From: Squalus acanthias
Lineage: Eukaryota
Direction of reading: 5' to 3'
Assembly: GCA_030390025.1 (NCBI GenBank)
Contig: CM059425.1
Span: forward strand, 164,550,001-164,614,000
Length of the DNA: 64,000 nucleotides
The notes beneath the pieces were generated by a model that was not told where the DNA came from, searched no databases, and saw only the letters and a program-made list of their open reading frames with translations. Below are positions 14,278-26,907 of the stretch, in pieces (the stretch's first letter is position 1; each line of letters begins with the position of its first letter). The position numbers and the translations under genes were made by a program.

Positions 14278-15186
14278 TCTTGAATATACTCAACAACTGA
14301 GCATCCACAGCTTTTTGGGGTAGAGATTTCCAAAGATTCACAACCCTTTGAGTGAAGAAATTTCTCTTCATCTCAGTCCTAAACGGCCGACCCCTTATTC
14401 TGAGACTGTGATCCCGTGTTCTAGATTCCCCAGCCAGGGGAAACATTTTCTCAGCATTAACCTGGTCAAGCCCCTTAAGAACACAGGGTCACATACCCAG
14501 AGAAGTTAAAGGGACATCTAGAAGAAGATGCCTAACTTGAAGATGCCATGGTGAGAATGAGGATAACTGTTAAAAAAAAAACCACAAATCCTGCCATTAT
14601 GTACCAAAGTAAATTATAGATGCCAGATGAGTTTGCTGGAGAACTTTGGTACATTTAACCCCAAACTGATCCAACAACTTGCTTCATAGGAACAAGAGTA
14701 GGCCATTCAGCCCCTCGAAGGTGCTCCGCCATTCAATTGGATGACTGATGTGCACCTCAACTCGATTTTACTGCCCTTGCTCCATATCCCTTGATACCAT
14801 TACCTAACAAAAATCTATCTATCTCAGTTTTGAAAGCTCCAATTGTCCTAGCATTCAATTACAACACAAAGGGAAGTAATAAACATGGTTATAACAAGCT
14901 GTGAGCTCTGTACAATCAGGCAAGCTATGCAGCCCAAAATGTACAGTATGAAATATCCATACAATAAGTGCATGTTTTTCGTTTCCTTACACAAAAAGGT
15001 GTTATATAACAAAAGACATTGATCACAGATGGAGGGAAATCTCAGAAGGTCAAAGTTCTCACCCCCTTCAAAGAGTTGAAAATGGAGGTCATCACTGGAA
15101 GACAGTAAACAGGTGGAGGAGGGGAACAAGCTTCTGGTTTGTACAATTATAGAGATGCAACTGTTTTTTCAGTAGGGGTGTGTCAT

Positions 15187-15245
15187 AACATGTCCCATGT
15201 ACTGTGCATGCAACATGTCCCATGTACTGCACATGCAACATGTCC
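15187..15245. repeat. 25-bp tandem repeat, about 2.4 copies
   Basis: AACATGTCCCATGTACTGYRCATGC repeated. Confidence 0.8.
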
Positions 15246-15510
15246 AACTATATACAGCTTTTTTTTTTAATTTATTCGTTCACGGGAGGTGGGCGTTGCT
15301 GGCAAGGGCAGCATTTATTGCCCATCCCTAACTGCCCTTGAGAAGGTGGTGGTGAGCTGCCTTCTTGAACCGCTGCAGTCCTTGTGGTGAAGGTACTCCC
15401 ACAGTCCTGACTTTGATGTAGCGGTTTGGTACAACCGAGTGGTTTGCTAGTCTATTTCAGCGGGCAATTAAGAGTCAACCACATTGCTGTGGGTCTGGAG
15501 TCACATATAG

Positions 15511-17520
15511 TCCAAAAGGCATTTGATAGAGTGCCACATAATAGGCTTACCAGCAAAGTTGAAGCCCATGGAATAAAAGGGACAGTAGCAGCATGGATAT
15601 GAATTTGGCTAAGTGACAGGAAACAGAGAGTAGTGGTGAACGGTCGTTTTTTGGACTGGAGGAAGGTAGACAGTGGTGTTCCCCAGGGGTCGGTACTAGG
15701 ACCACTTCTTGGACTTGGGAGTACAGGGCACAATTTCAAAATTGGCAGATGACACAAAACTTGGAGGTATAGTGAACAGTGAGGAGGATAGTGATAGACT
15801 TCAAGACAGACAGACAGGCTGGTGAAATGTGCGGGCACGTGGTAGATGAAATTTAACGCAGAAAATTGCGAAATGATACATTTTGGTAGGAAGAACGAGG
15901 AGAGGCAATATAAACTAAAGGGTACAATCCTAAAGTAGGTGCATGAAAAAAGAGACCTTGGGGTATATGTGCACAAATCGTTGAAGGTGGCAGGGCAGCT
16001 TGAGAAAGCGGTTAAAAAAAAAAGCATACAGGATGCTGGGCTTCATAAATAGAAGTATAGGGGGAGAAATTCGGTATCGCCCCGTTTGGGGCGCAATTAT
16101 CGGCTGGGCGCAAAGTTTAGCGCCTGGCGCTAATTATCGCCTCCGATTGCAAACTTGGCTTCTATCACCCCTGGAGGTGATTGGAGCGCTAAATCAGGCG
16201 CTACACACCTCTCTTAAGGCACTAACGCCGAGGCGCTAACTCAGAGTGCTGGCGAAGCTCATGTGATGTCAGTCAGTAATGGAACACAGACACACTGGCG
16301 TCGGCCAGTTCTTTAAGGGGAGGGTCAATCTTGCTTTCCATCCACACCCTGCTCATTGCAGCCTTGAATCTCGGCCTGGAGAGACCTGTACATCAATTCT
16401 GCTGGAAAGAACAATGGAGAGGCCCAGTGAAAGAGCTCAGAGTGCAGCCCCCACAGTCTCTTCTAAATCGATGCAAAGAAGGTGAAATCAAAATGAACCT
16501 GCAAAGTGCTGCTCAGTACCCAAAACTCCTTCACACAGCGTTGAATCTCTCCAGGAGTCTCTCTCTCTCTCTCAGAATGCGTGGTGCAAAAATGTCGCCG
16601 ACAAAAAAAATCAGGAAGCGTCCGCCTTTAAATAGCGCTCCCCCAGTCCCTTCAACTGCAAAACGTTCCCCTCAACCTGTCGTTGCTAGCGGCAGGCGGT
16701 AAGGCAGGGGGCGCCACTCAATATCCGGTCCAGGGCGCTACCGGGGGGTTGCCTGCTCGACTGATGTCACGATCTGCGGGCGCAGGAGATCGTGGCGGTA
16801 GTGTTTAGCGCCACCGCAAAATGTCTGGTCAATTTCGTGAGCGTCGCAAGCATCGCTGCGCCCGGGCGCTAGTTGCTTTGCGCCCCATTAGCTAATGAGG
16901 CGCAAAGCAACCGAATTTTTCCCCCATAGAGTACAAAAGCAAGGACGTTATAATGAACCTTTATAAAACACTAGTACGGCCTCAACTGGAGCATTGTGTC
17001 CAATTCTGGGCACCGCACTTTAGGAAGGATGTAAAGGCCTTAGAGAGGGTGCAGAAATGATTTACGAGAATGATTCCAGGGATGCGGGACTTCAGTTACG
17101 TGGATAGACGAGAGAAGCTGGGGTTGTTCTCCTTAGAGCAGAGAAGGTTGAGAGGAGATTTGATAAAGGTATTCAAAATCATGAGGGATCTGGACAGGGT
17201 AGATAGAGAGAAACTGTTCCCATTGGCGGAAGGATCGAGAACAAGAGGACACAGATTCAAGGTGATTGGCAAAAGAAACAAAGGCGACATGAGGAAAACT
17301 TTCTACACAGCGAGTGGTTAGGATCTGGAATGCACTGCCTGAAAGGGTGGTGGAGGCAGACTCAATCGTGGCTTTCAAAAGGGAATTGGATAAGTATCGG
17401 AGGGGAAAAAATTTGCAGGGCTACGGGGAAAGGGACTAGCTGAAGTGCTCTTGCAGAGAGCTGGCACAGGCTCGACGAGCAGAATGGCCTCCTTCTGTGC
17501 TGTAACCATTCTATGATTCT
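15511..17520 (+). mobile_element. CR1 3' half split by a MITE
   Basis: RT remnants, MIPGMRDFSYVDR...RGDLIKVFKIM, ATTCTATG tail. Confidence 0.9.
16060..16925. mobile_element. Non-autonomous PIF/Harbinger-type element (866 bp)
   Basis: TIRs GGGGGAGAAATTCGG / CCGAATTTTTCCCCC (14/15); TSD ATA at 16057-16059 and 16926-16928. Confidence 0.88.
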
Positions 17521-18559
17521 CGGTCAGACCGGGTAAGGACAGCAGATTTCCTTCCCTAAAGGACATTAGTGAACCAGTTGGGTTTTTCTGACAAAAAAGT
17601 AGTTTCATGGTCATCATTACTGATACGAGCTTTTTTTTTTTAAATTCCAGATTTAATTAATTAACTGAATTTAAATTCCCCAGCTGCCATGGTGGGATTT
17701 GAACTGACGTATCTGGATTATTACACCAGGCCTCTGGATTACTAGTCCAGTAACATAACCACTATGCTACCGTACTCCTAATTATTTATCATGTACTGTT
17801 TTCTTCTTGTTGTAGATATGCCAGAACAAAATTGTTAGGGTTTGGAACATGTAAAAGTGGGCAGACTGCTCAATCACAAATGGATCTTCAGAAACTTCTC
17901 AGAACACCTAATACTTTCACTTGTACATGTTACTGAGCAATGGTACAAAGAGCACGGAGCAGTGGTAATCACAGCATAAATGAATTACAGTGAGATAACA
18001 AGGGTAGCACACAACACATTCTCAACTATTTTCAATGAAGACCCAGCACAGGACTTTGGAATTATTGTTTTCTTTTAAAATTTATGTTTTGCAAAAGTCA
18101 TCGACCTGAAACATTAACTTTGTTTCTCTCTCCACAGATGCTGCCCGACCTGCTGAGTATTTCCAGCATTTTGTGCTTTTATTTCAGATTTCCAGCATTC
18201 GCAGTATTTTGTTTTTGTACGCCAAGAAGCCAACTATACAATCTTACTTTGGAATCAGCGTGGAACTCATTATTCCTTTAAAGTATGGGGCTCATGGATA
18301 CTCTGGATGTTGTGCATAGATGTACATCAGTATGGAAAATTCTTTGGTGATCGATGTAAATCATTTGGATGTTTATATAGTGATATTCTTTTCAATTAAT
18401 GTGTGCTATGAGATGAATGGCTACATTGTTGCTGTCAATTAACAGCTTGTATGCATGTAATGCTACCTCTTTCATGAAACGGTTTGTGCCTCTCCAGCTC
18501 CTGTTGCAACCAGGGCTGAATTTAATACCAGCATGTCAAACACAGCATCTGTGATCTAG

Positions 18560-18860
18560 GTATTGCAATGGTGAAATGCAAACTGGCTGATTCATGGCCG
18601 CAACTCCTACAATTGCCTAGGACGCTTGCAAAGCAAAAAAAGTGGACTGCTGTCACCATTTCTACCACTACTGGCTGTGCAGTGCTGATGTTGCTCCTTG
18701 GCTGCAGGTCTGGTTAAAAGAGATGGCACAACTCAACAATGGCTTCCTTGGTGAAGCACAGCTCCTCACAGTGGTTCTCGGTGAGGCTGAGATAACTTTC
18801 ACTTGTGGTACTGGCATTGCCTGTGGCAGTAATGGATCCTGGTAGTTCCCTTTTTGTGGT
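18560..18860 (-). mobile_element. Harbinger transposase relic (N-terminal part)
   Basis: Manual translation SYLSLTENHCEELCFTKEAIVELCHLF*PDLQPRSNISTAQPVVVEMVTAVHFFA aligns with the 8373 ORF. Confidence 0.65.
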
Positions 18861-18948
18861 CAAACACTTCCTTATGCCGATTCTCTAACATGCCCAATAA
18901 AGTGAGACATTTTGGTGCACCTATGCTTCTGTGTGTAGTTGAACAGTT

Positions 18949-21900
18949 TGTGAAGGAATTCTGCTATATAACCTTTTTAGAAAAATATACTATATAAGAT
19001 AAATACACTATCAGAGCAGTGGGAGTCTTTCAGAAAGGAAAGAGAGAGAGTACAACGCCAACATGTTCCTGTAAAGGTCAAGGGTGGGACCAACAAGTCC
19101 AGGGAACCCTGGATGTCAAGGGATATACGAGACTACAGTAGGAAAAAAAGGGAGGCTTTTGGCAGATACAAAGGACTAAAAACAGTGGAAGCCCTAGAGG
19201 AGTATAGAAAGTGCAGGGGGGTACTTAAAGAAATTAGGAGAGTGAAGAGGGGGCATGAAATAACACTGGCGGGCAAAATAAAGGAAAATCCCAAGGTGTT
19301 TTATAAGTATATTAAGGGCAAGAGGATAACCAGGGAAAGAGTAGGGCCCATTAGGGACCAAAGTGGCAATCTGTGTGTAGAGCCAGAAGATGTAGGTGGG
19401 GTTTTAAATGAATATTTTTCATCTGTGTTCACGAAGGAGAAAGACGATGTAGGCATAGAAATCAGACAGGGGGATTGTGATATACTTGAACAAATTAGTA
19501 TTGAGAGGGAGGAGGTATTAACGGTTTTAGCGGGCTTAAAAGTGGATAAATCCCCAGGCCCAGACGAGATGTATCCCAGGCTGCTGCGTGAGGCAAGGGA
19601 GGAGATTGCAGAGGCTCTGACACAAATTTTCAGAACCTCTCTGGCCACAGGGGAGGTGCCAGAGGACTGGAGAACAGCTAACGTAGTGCCATTATTCAAG
19701 AAGGGTAGTAGGGATAAACCAGGGAATTACAGGCCAGTGAGCCTAACATCAGTGGTAGGGAAATTATTGGAAAAAATTCTGAGGGACAGAATTAGTCCCC
19801 ACTTGGAGAGGCAAGGATTAATCAAGGATAGTCAGCATGGCTTTGTCAGGGGGAGATCATGTCTGACCAATTTGATTGAATTTTGAGAGGGGGTGACTAG
19901 GTGTGTGGATGAGGATAGTGCAGTTGATGTGGTCTACATGGACTTCAGTAAGGCTTTTGACAAAGTCCCACATGGGAGACTGGTCAAGAAGGTAAGAGCC
20001 CATGGGATCCAGGGCAACTTGGCACATTGGATCCAAAATTGGCTAAGTGGCAGGAGGCAGAGGGTGATGGTCGAAGGTTGTTTTTGTGACTGGAAGCCTG
20101 TGTCCAGTGGTGTACCGCAGGGATTGGTGCTGGGTCCTTTGCTGTTTGTAGTGTACATTAATGATTTAGATATGAATGTAGGAGGTATGATCAGTAAGTT
20201 CGCAGATGACACGAAAATTGGTGGGGTGGTAAATAGCGAAGAGGAAAGCCTCAGGCTACAGGACGATATAGACGGGTTGGTCAGATGGGCAGAACAGTGG
20301 CAAATGGAATTTAACCCTGAAAAGTGTGAGGTGATGCATTTTGGGAGGATCAACAAGGCAAGGGAATACACAATGAATGGTAGGATCCTAGGAAGGACAG
20401 AGGATCAGAGGGACCTTGGTGTGCATGTACATAGATTCCTGAAGGCAGCAGGACAGGTAGATAAGGTGGTTAAGAAGGCATATGGGATACTTGCCTTCAT
20501 TAGCCGAGGCATAGAATATAAGAGCAGGGAGGTTATGATGGAGCTGTACAAAACGCTAGTTAGGCCACAGCTGGAATACTGTGTGCAGTTCTGGTCGCCA
20601 CACTATAGGAAGGATGTGATTGCATTGGAGAGGATGCAGAGGAGATTCACCAGGATGTTACCTGGGCTGCAGCGCTTCAGCTATGAAGAGAGACTGGACA
20701 GGCTGGGGTTGTTTTCCTCAAAGCAGAGAAGGCTGAGGGGGGACCGGATTGAGGTGTACAAAATTATGAGGGGCATAGATAGGGTAGAGAGAAAGGAACT
20801 TTTCCCCTTAGTAGAGGGGTCAATAACAAGGGGGCATAGTTTCAAAGTAAGGGGCAGGAGGTTTAGAGGGGATTTGAGGAAAAACTTTTTCACCCAGAGG
20901 GTGGTTGGAATCTGGAACTCACTGCCTGAAAGGGTGGTAGAGGCAGGAACCCTCACAACATTCAGGAAGCATTTAGATGAGCACTTGAAACGCCATAGCA
21001 TACAAGGCTACGGACCAAGTGCTGGAAAATGGGATTAGAATAGACAGGGCTTGATGGCCGGTGCGGACACAATGGGCCGAATGGCCTCTTTCGATGCTGT
21101 ATAACACTATGACTCTATGACTATAGCCTTTTTAGAAAAATACACTATATAACTTTTTTAAAGGAAGGCATGGCAAGCTGGATTTGGAAATCCTACCTTC
21201 TGAAAGAATTCTGGCCTCGTCGAGATAAGACAGTGGTTAACCCTGAAGAGTACCTTATAAGGAACTCTACCTTATAAATTCTTTGGAACATGACAAACTG
21301 GGTTTGGAAATTTAGAAACGTAACTATGAAATAGCTATGAAAGAATTCTGGCTATTGAAATAGGACAAGTTGTTGACCCTGAATAAGTAACCTTATTGAA
21401 ACAGAAGAATGGGTGGCCCCGAATGGGTAACCTTATTAAAATAAGACAATGGTCAGTCCTGGATGAATGATCTCGATTAAAACTTCTTGAGAATAACATG
21501 ATGTAAGGCACATCTGCCCTTTGCCCACATATGGTAAACTCCCAATAACTATTGATGATGTGGCAGTAAGAATTTCAGGTCAGCTAAAAGATGATTAGTG
21601 ATAATTAACTTGGATCAACAGAAACCTTATGAAAACAACTGAAAAAGGGGTATAAATATTGGAGTCTTGAATGACATAATCAGACTCGCTTTAATCTGAC
21701 TCTGTAGTCCTTCACTCTTTTGTACCTCGGGGATTGAAGGTAACTGCTACCTTGATAATTGATGGATATCCTGTAATAGAAAAGTTTAAGAACTGTAATA
21801 CTGTAGCGAAGTTAAGATTTATAAGTAGGATTCTCTGTTAAGAATAAAATCGTATTTTTTCTCTTTTTAGAACTGTTAAACTTTGCAATTGACTGATTCA

Positions 21901-22284
21901 CCATCTGTAAATTGCATGTCGGTTTTTTAAATAAATCTCTATATATTTTTAGAATTGTCTCATATAAGTCTTCTGTATCAATAACTCACGAACCCAATCT
22001 TTGTACACTCTTTGTTGGAGAGTTACATATCTGAAGGAAATCTCCGGACCCTCATAATATCCAGGACTTTACTGTCTGGCTAAACTTATTAAAAGTGCTA
22101 TCTGGAGGACGGTAACATTCTCGGGTTGTTCCTTTCCTTTAGGGAGAGATAGCCCGGACCTTTAGACCCAGTTAAGCATCTTTAGGATTCGGCTACCTCA
22201 ACCTTTAGTTGAAAGTGAACACCTGAGAAATACGCTTGATTCGGGATAGCCCCAAAGGGGCCAGGACTAGTAAATATCCCTTCA
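18949..22284 (+). mobile_element. Solo LTR (about 1.2 kb net) interrupted by a CR1
   Basis: TGTGAAGG...CCCTTCA termini; 4-bp TSD AGTT at 18945-18948 and 22285-22288; U3-like repeats at 21165-21480; TATAAA at 21651; AATAAA at 21843. Confidence 0.65.
19011..21124 (+). mobile_element. Young 5'-truncated CR1 LINE
   Basis: ORFs 19113..19886 and 19893..21038 (SGVPQG, FADD) with few lesions; CTATGA tail. Confidence 0.95.
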
Positions 22285-22503
22285 AGTTAAGTCACTCATT
22301 ACAATGCCTCCTGCACTGGTACACGCTGAACCTCTGCTGACTCTCTCCTACATTTCACCATTAAACAATTTTAATTAATAATTCCTCTCATGTGATGTGT
22401 TCAAACCTAAATGGATTAACCTTTAAAAGATGCAGCTGTTCTAAGACATTTATAACCATAAAGTAAACAAGTGCTGTGAATAAGGAAGTTAAATTTTACA
22501 TAC

Positions 22504-22642
22504 AATGGGCATGTTCGACACCGCAACATGTCTGGATTCTCTTCGTATTTTGATTGCAAATTTGGCTTTGAAAGCAGGTTCATCAAAGCATGGAAATGCC
22601 ATGCGTGCTGCAGTGGGCTCAAACTGGGTGGATGCCAACATG
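22504..22642 (-). CDS. ERAP1: ERAP1 coding exon 2 (139 nt)
   Basis: tatgcAG|C ATG TTG GCA...CCC ATT|GTATGT; encodes (S)[46 protein letters not shown]. The Q in STQFEP is ERAP1-like (ERAP2 has D). Not shown in this frame by the ORF track. Confidence 0.95.
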
Positions 22643-23339
22643 CTGCATAAAACAGAAGAAAACAAAAGCAGTTAACCTTCTATAGGATATGCCTGCATCA
22701 TATAGATAAAATGGTGCATCATCTGTGAAGAACAAACAGAATTACTCATACCATGAGACAGGTAAGCCTCATGTTTGCTGTCACATCTACCATAACAGGG
22801 ATAACCCATGGTCAGAATGCAACCACCAACATGAGTTGTTTACTTTTTAACAGAAGGCTAGACATTACTATCTGAGGTATTAGCACCAAATATTTAACAT
22901 GTTCAGGTGACATTCCTTTGTCTTCTATTTTAGTATAGCCATTAAACAGTTTAAGATGAACTCGTTAACATCCGTGTTAAGATTACATATAATATATCCT
23001 ATGAATTTGTCAAGCACTGGGCCACTAATATTGTTCACACTTAGGTGAAAATATGCAAAATGCCTTTGAACTCATTTCTTCTGGGTGAAGGTTTTTAATT
23101 TTCTTCAAGCAAGTATGGGTATTGGATTAAAAGAGAGAGTTAGGCTTACATGAGTTACACAGGATAAGAACCGAGTACTATTGGTAATCAGAAAAGCATC
23201 ATATAATACCCTTTGAATCAGTAAGGACTGATGGGAGTGCAGGAATTTGTGCAGGTAAAGATATAAGCCACAGCATTCTGATTGAGATGTACAGTATTTG
23301 CTGGAGAATGGAGTCGGAGAGGCTGACTATGTGTACATT

Positions 23340-24242
23340 AGAAGTCAAGATACAAAGAACAGCAAAGGGTGACAACAGATAGTAAGAGCTACAAAAAGGG
23401 AGTATGAAAAGAAACTTGTATGGAATATAAAAATCAACAGAAGAAACTTTTAAAATTATATTAGGAAAAAGAGGGTGGTTAACAGCAATGTGGCCCCCTT
23501 AAAAACAGACAATGGTGATATTGTAAATTAAAATAAGGAAATGGCAGACATGTTAAATAATTACTTTGTGTAAGTATTTACAATAAAGAAAGAGGATAGA
23601 GGATAATCAAAAAGGCTAATGGAATGTTGGCCTTTATATCTAGAGGACTAGAATACAAGGGGTCAGAAGTTATGCTGCAGCTATACAAAGCCCTGGTTAG
23701 ACCACACCTGGAGTACTGTGAGCAATTCTAGGCACCACACCTTAGGAAGGATATATTGGCCTTGGAGGGAGTGCAGCGTAGATTTACCAGAATGATACCT
23801 GGATTCCAAGGGAGAGATTACACAAACTAGGATTATATTCCCTGGAATTTAGAAGGTTAAGAGGTGATTTGATCGAAGTTTTCAAGATATTAAGGGGAAT
23901 TGATAGGGTAGATAGAGAGAAACTATTTCCGCTGGTTGGGGATCCTAGGACTAGGGAACATAGCCTAAAAATTAGAAACCGGCCTTTCAGGAGTAGAGTT
24001 AGGAAACACTTCTACACGCAAAGGGTGGTATAAGTTTGGAACCCTCTTCCGCAAATAGCAGCTGATGCTAGGTCAATTTTAAATTTTAAATCTGAGATTG
24101 ATAGATTTCTGTTGACCAAGGGTGTTAAGTGATATGGGGCAAAGACAAGTATAAGGAGTTGGGTCACAGATCAACCATGATCTCATTGAATGGTGGAACA
24201 GGCTCGACAGGCTAAATAGCCTACTCCTGATCCTATGTTCCT
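23340..24242 (+). mobile_element. Degenerate CR1 with internal deletion
   Basis: Similar to 30150-30350 and 31370-32030. Confidence 0.82.
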
Positions 24243-25791
24243 TAATTGTAATATGCATGAGTGGAACCAGAAGAGAGTGGTCAGCTGCACAGCAGAGGAG
24301 TTTCAACAGGTTGGAGTGGGCAACAGTGTTAAAGGCAGCAGGAAAATTTAAGAAGGATAAGAGACAAAGTTATGGGCAAAGTTTGAAAATATTGTTTGTG
24401 ATTTTGACCAGTACAGCCTGCGAGCTGCAAGTCAGACAGAAGCCATATTGGATGTTCTCAAACAGGGAGGGGTAAGACTGACAGAAACGTGGTTATGAGG
24501 AAAGAACATGTTCCAGGGCTTTGGAAAGAAAAGTTGGAGATAGTGACAGTTGGAGAGATTGACTATGGATGTTTCAATTGGTGGTGGTGGGGGTGGGGGG
24601 GGGCGGCGGAGTCTGAAAGGAGGTAGGGACCGTGTCAGAGAATAGAGGCAGGTTGACAATGTTAGCAAGTATGGAGCTGAAAATTGGAAATTGTATGATC
24701 AGGAGCTAGGACAGGAGGGGCTCAAGGGAGCAAGTGGCAGGCTTCAATGATGAGATGAGTGGAATAGGCACTGAAGGGGAAACTAGAAAGAAACTATGGA
24801 GGATGGGATTGGTCAAAAAGAGGGTAGAAGATATTACAGGCCAATAGTAATAATGGCAGTCTTAGCAACAATGAAATTTCAGAACTAGAGTATTCTCCAA
24901 TGCAACTACATATTCAATTCTCTTCACTCTTATGTACTTCAGGACAATTATGGACAGTTTTGTTTCACTCAGACTCTCTGTAGCTCGTATCCAGATTTGA
25001 TGCTGTACATTACGCATGATGCACATTGGGGAAAGGGATATAATTTTATTTATTGGCAGTTAGGCAGTAGAATGGGTTGTTTAAGAGAGCTTTATCCCAA
25101 TTTTCTCTGAAGAATATAAGGGGTGAATTCTCGCAACGGTTCTTCTGTCGCTGTTACTTCGGCACAAGAGTTGTGGAAAACCTGCAAAAATGGTATGAAT
25201 GCTATTCACGCTGTTTAAGGGTTTCCACGGCTCTTCCACTGAAGACGATCGGGTGAACCCTCACAGAAATTCACCCTCAAACTCTGAAACTACCTTCAGG
25301 TCCAAAGGGCACCATTTAGAAGGTTATATTTGCCAATATAATTATTCTGCAAGGTTCGGTGCACCATTTGTAAGAAAAATCTTGGCATGCATGCTCATGG
25401 AGGCTAAACACCAAGATGGACTGGGTGAGCCGAAGGGCCTGTTTCCATGTTGCAATTTCTATGTCATTATGTAAAACAACCTAAATCCATTTAATCAGTA
25501 TACAAATGATCAAATCAGCAACGAAGGTGAAAAAACTAAAATAGGAAATAAAGAGAGATTGCTGGAAATACGCAGCAGGTTTGTCAGCCCCTCAAACAGA
25601 AGACAATTTGGCTTCTAAGGCTGAGACCCTTTGTCAGACTGGCTCTGATAAAAGTACTCAACCTGAAATGTTAACCAGTTTTCATCTGTCAGGTGCTGAG
25701 GACATGCTGTGTATTTCCAGCATTTTCTGTTTTATTTTAAACATCCAACGTCTGTTTGTCGTCTTTCTCCTTGGAATAGGATGTATTTTAC

Positions 25792-26318
25792 CTTAATTCA
25801 CCATCTTGTGTTTTATAACTGCTCTTGTAAAAGCCGTGGAAGCTGTCCGACAGATTGGCAATGTAGTCAATATTAATCAAGTACGTGTTTCCAGAGTACA
25901 AGGGGACACCAGCCTGAAGTGCAAGTTGCTCGTACGGTGGGTATTCCAAAAGATGCAAGTTACTTTCCGATCCAGTTGTTCCATCCTCTTTCAGTAGTAC
26001 AATGGTTGACCTGATGATTTCCAGGTTTTTGCTGTGCAGGATGATAGAGCTGGTATCTGATTCAACAGAAACTTCAATCCTCACAGATGCAGAAAAATTC
26101 AGCGTGGTCAAATTTGGGTGTATCAGCAAGTCATAATGCACTGGGATAACGGTTTCAGGCAATCTCATCTTGTTCCAGGGAAACCTCTGACCATCAGATG
26201 TGAATGGGAAATCTGCTGCCTCCTCACTATTCTGGTCATTTTTTAAGGTGTCTGCTGTTGCCAAGGTGATGATAGCTGTAAGAAATCCTATTAATTTTAA
26301 ATACCCAGCAGTTGCCAT
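25792..26318 (-). CDS. ERAP1: ERAP1 first coding exon (signal/anchor peptide and start of M1 aminopeptidase domain I)
   Basis: ORF MATAGYLKLIGFLTAIITLATA...FPWNKMRLPETVIPVHYDLLIHPNLTTL...FHGFYKSSYKTQDGEL matches the ERAP1 N-terminus. In-frame TGA lies upstream of the ATG. Phase-2 donor AG|GTAAAA at 25791. Likely acceptor ttcatatAG at 26492 would make 26319-26491 5'UTR. Confidence 0.93.
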
Positions 26319-26907
26319 CTGGAAGCCAGTTCTGAGGTGCCGTCACCTCTGGTGATGTTTAAGAAAGTTTGCAGTTTTCCTGCTTTGCTCAGTTTCAGTT
26401 CTAAATCGAATTGTTACTCCTTTGATGGCTATTCAGCCATTCACTTGCCTCATGTAAATACAACATCAAGCATGCTGAAAACAATGATGTCCTATATGAA
26501 GAAAAACAAACATAAGTACATACATTTGTAATTATATATGCTTAGTATTTATCTACAGGTACACATTGTTGATAACATGCCAAGAAGAACATAGGAACAG
26601 GAGTAGGTTATTCAGCCCTTCGAGCCTATTCTACCATTCATGGCTGATCTGAATCTCAACTCCATTTAATTATCACTATATTATATTTGAGATAAAGTAC
26701 TTAATATTGATCTGAACACAATTGTTGTGGTTGTTTCAGAAGTTACAAGACAATATATACTATTGTGTCTACATTCTACTCGTTAATTCAAAGTTGATTT
26801 GCTTAAAAATTTAAATTATCCAGATTGAATTAAGCAATTTTAGTACAACAGCACAAGTAACAGATAATTTAAATTAAGCGACTTCAAATTAAGAGATTGT
26901 ATACAAT

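Larger units (their letters stand above)
13252..14480 (-). mobile_element. CR1 3' end split by a Penelope insertion
   Basis: FPLAGESRTRDHSLRIRGRPFRTEMKRNFFTQRVVNLW plus CR1 3'UTR with TTCTTATG tail. Confidence 0.85.
15265..17778 (-). mobile_element. tRNA-headed SINE with LINE-type tail, split by the CR1 at 15511-17520
   Basis: Head GGTAGCATAGTGGTTATG (A box) and GTTCAAATCCC (B box) at 17690-17778; body resumes at about 15510 and ends in an A-rich tail at about 15260. Confidence 0.7.
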
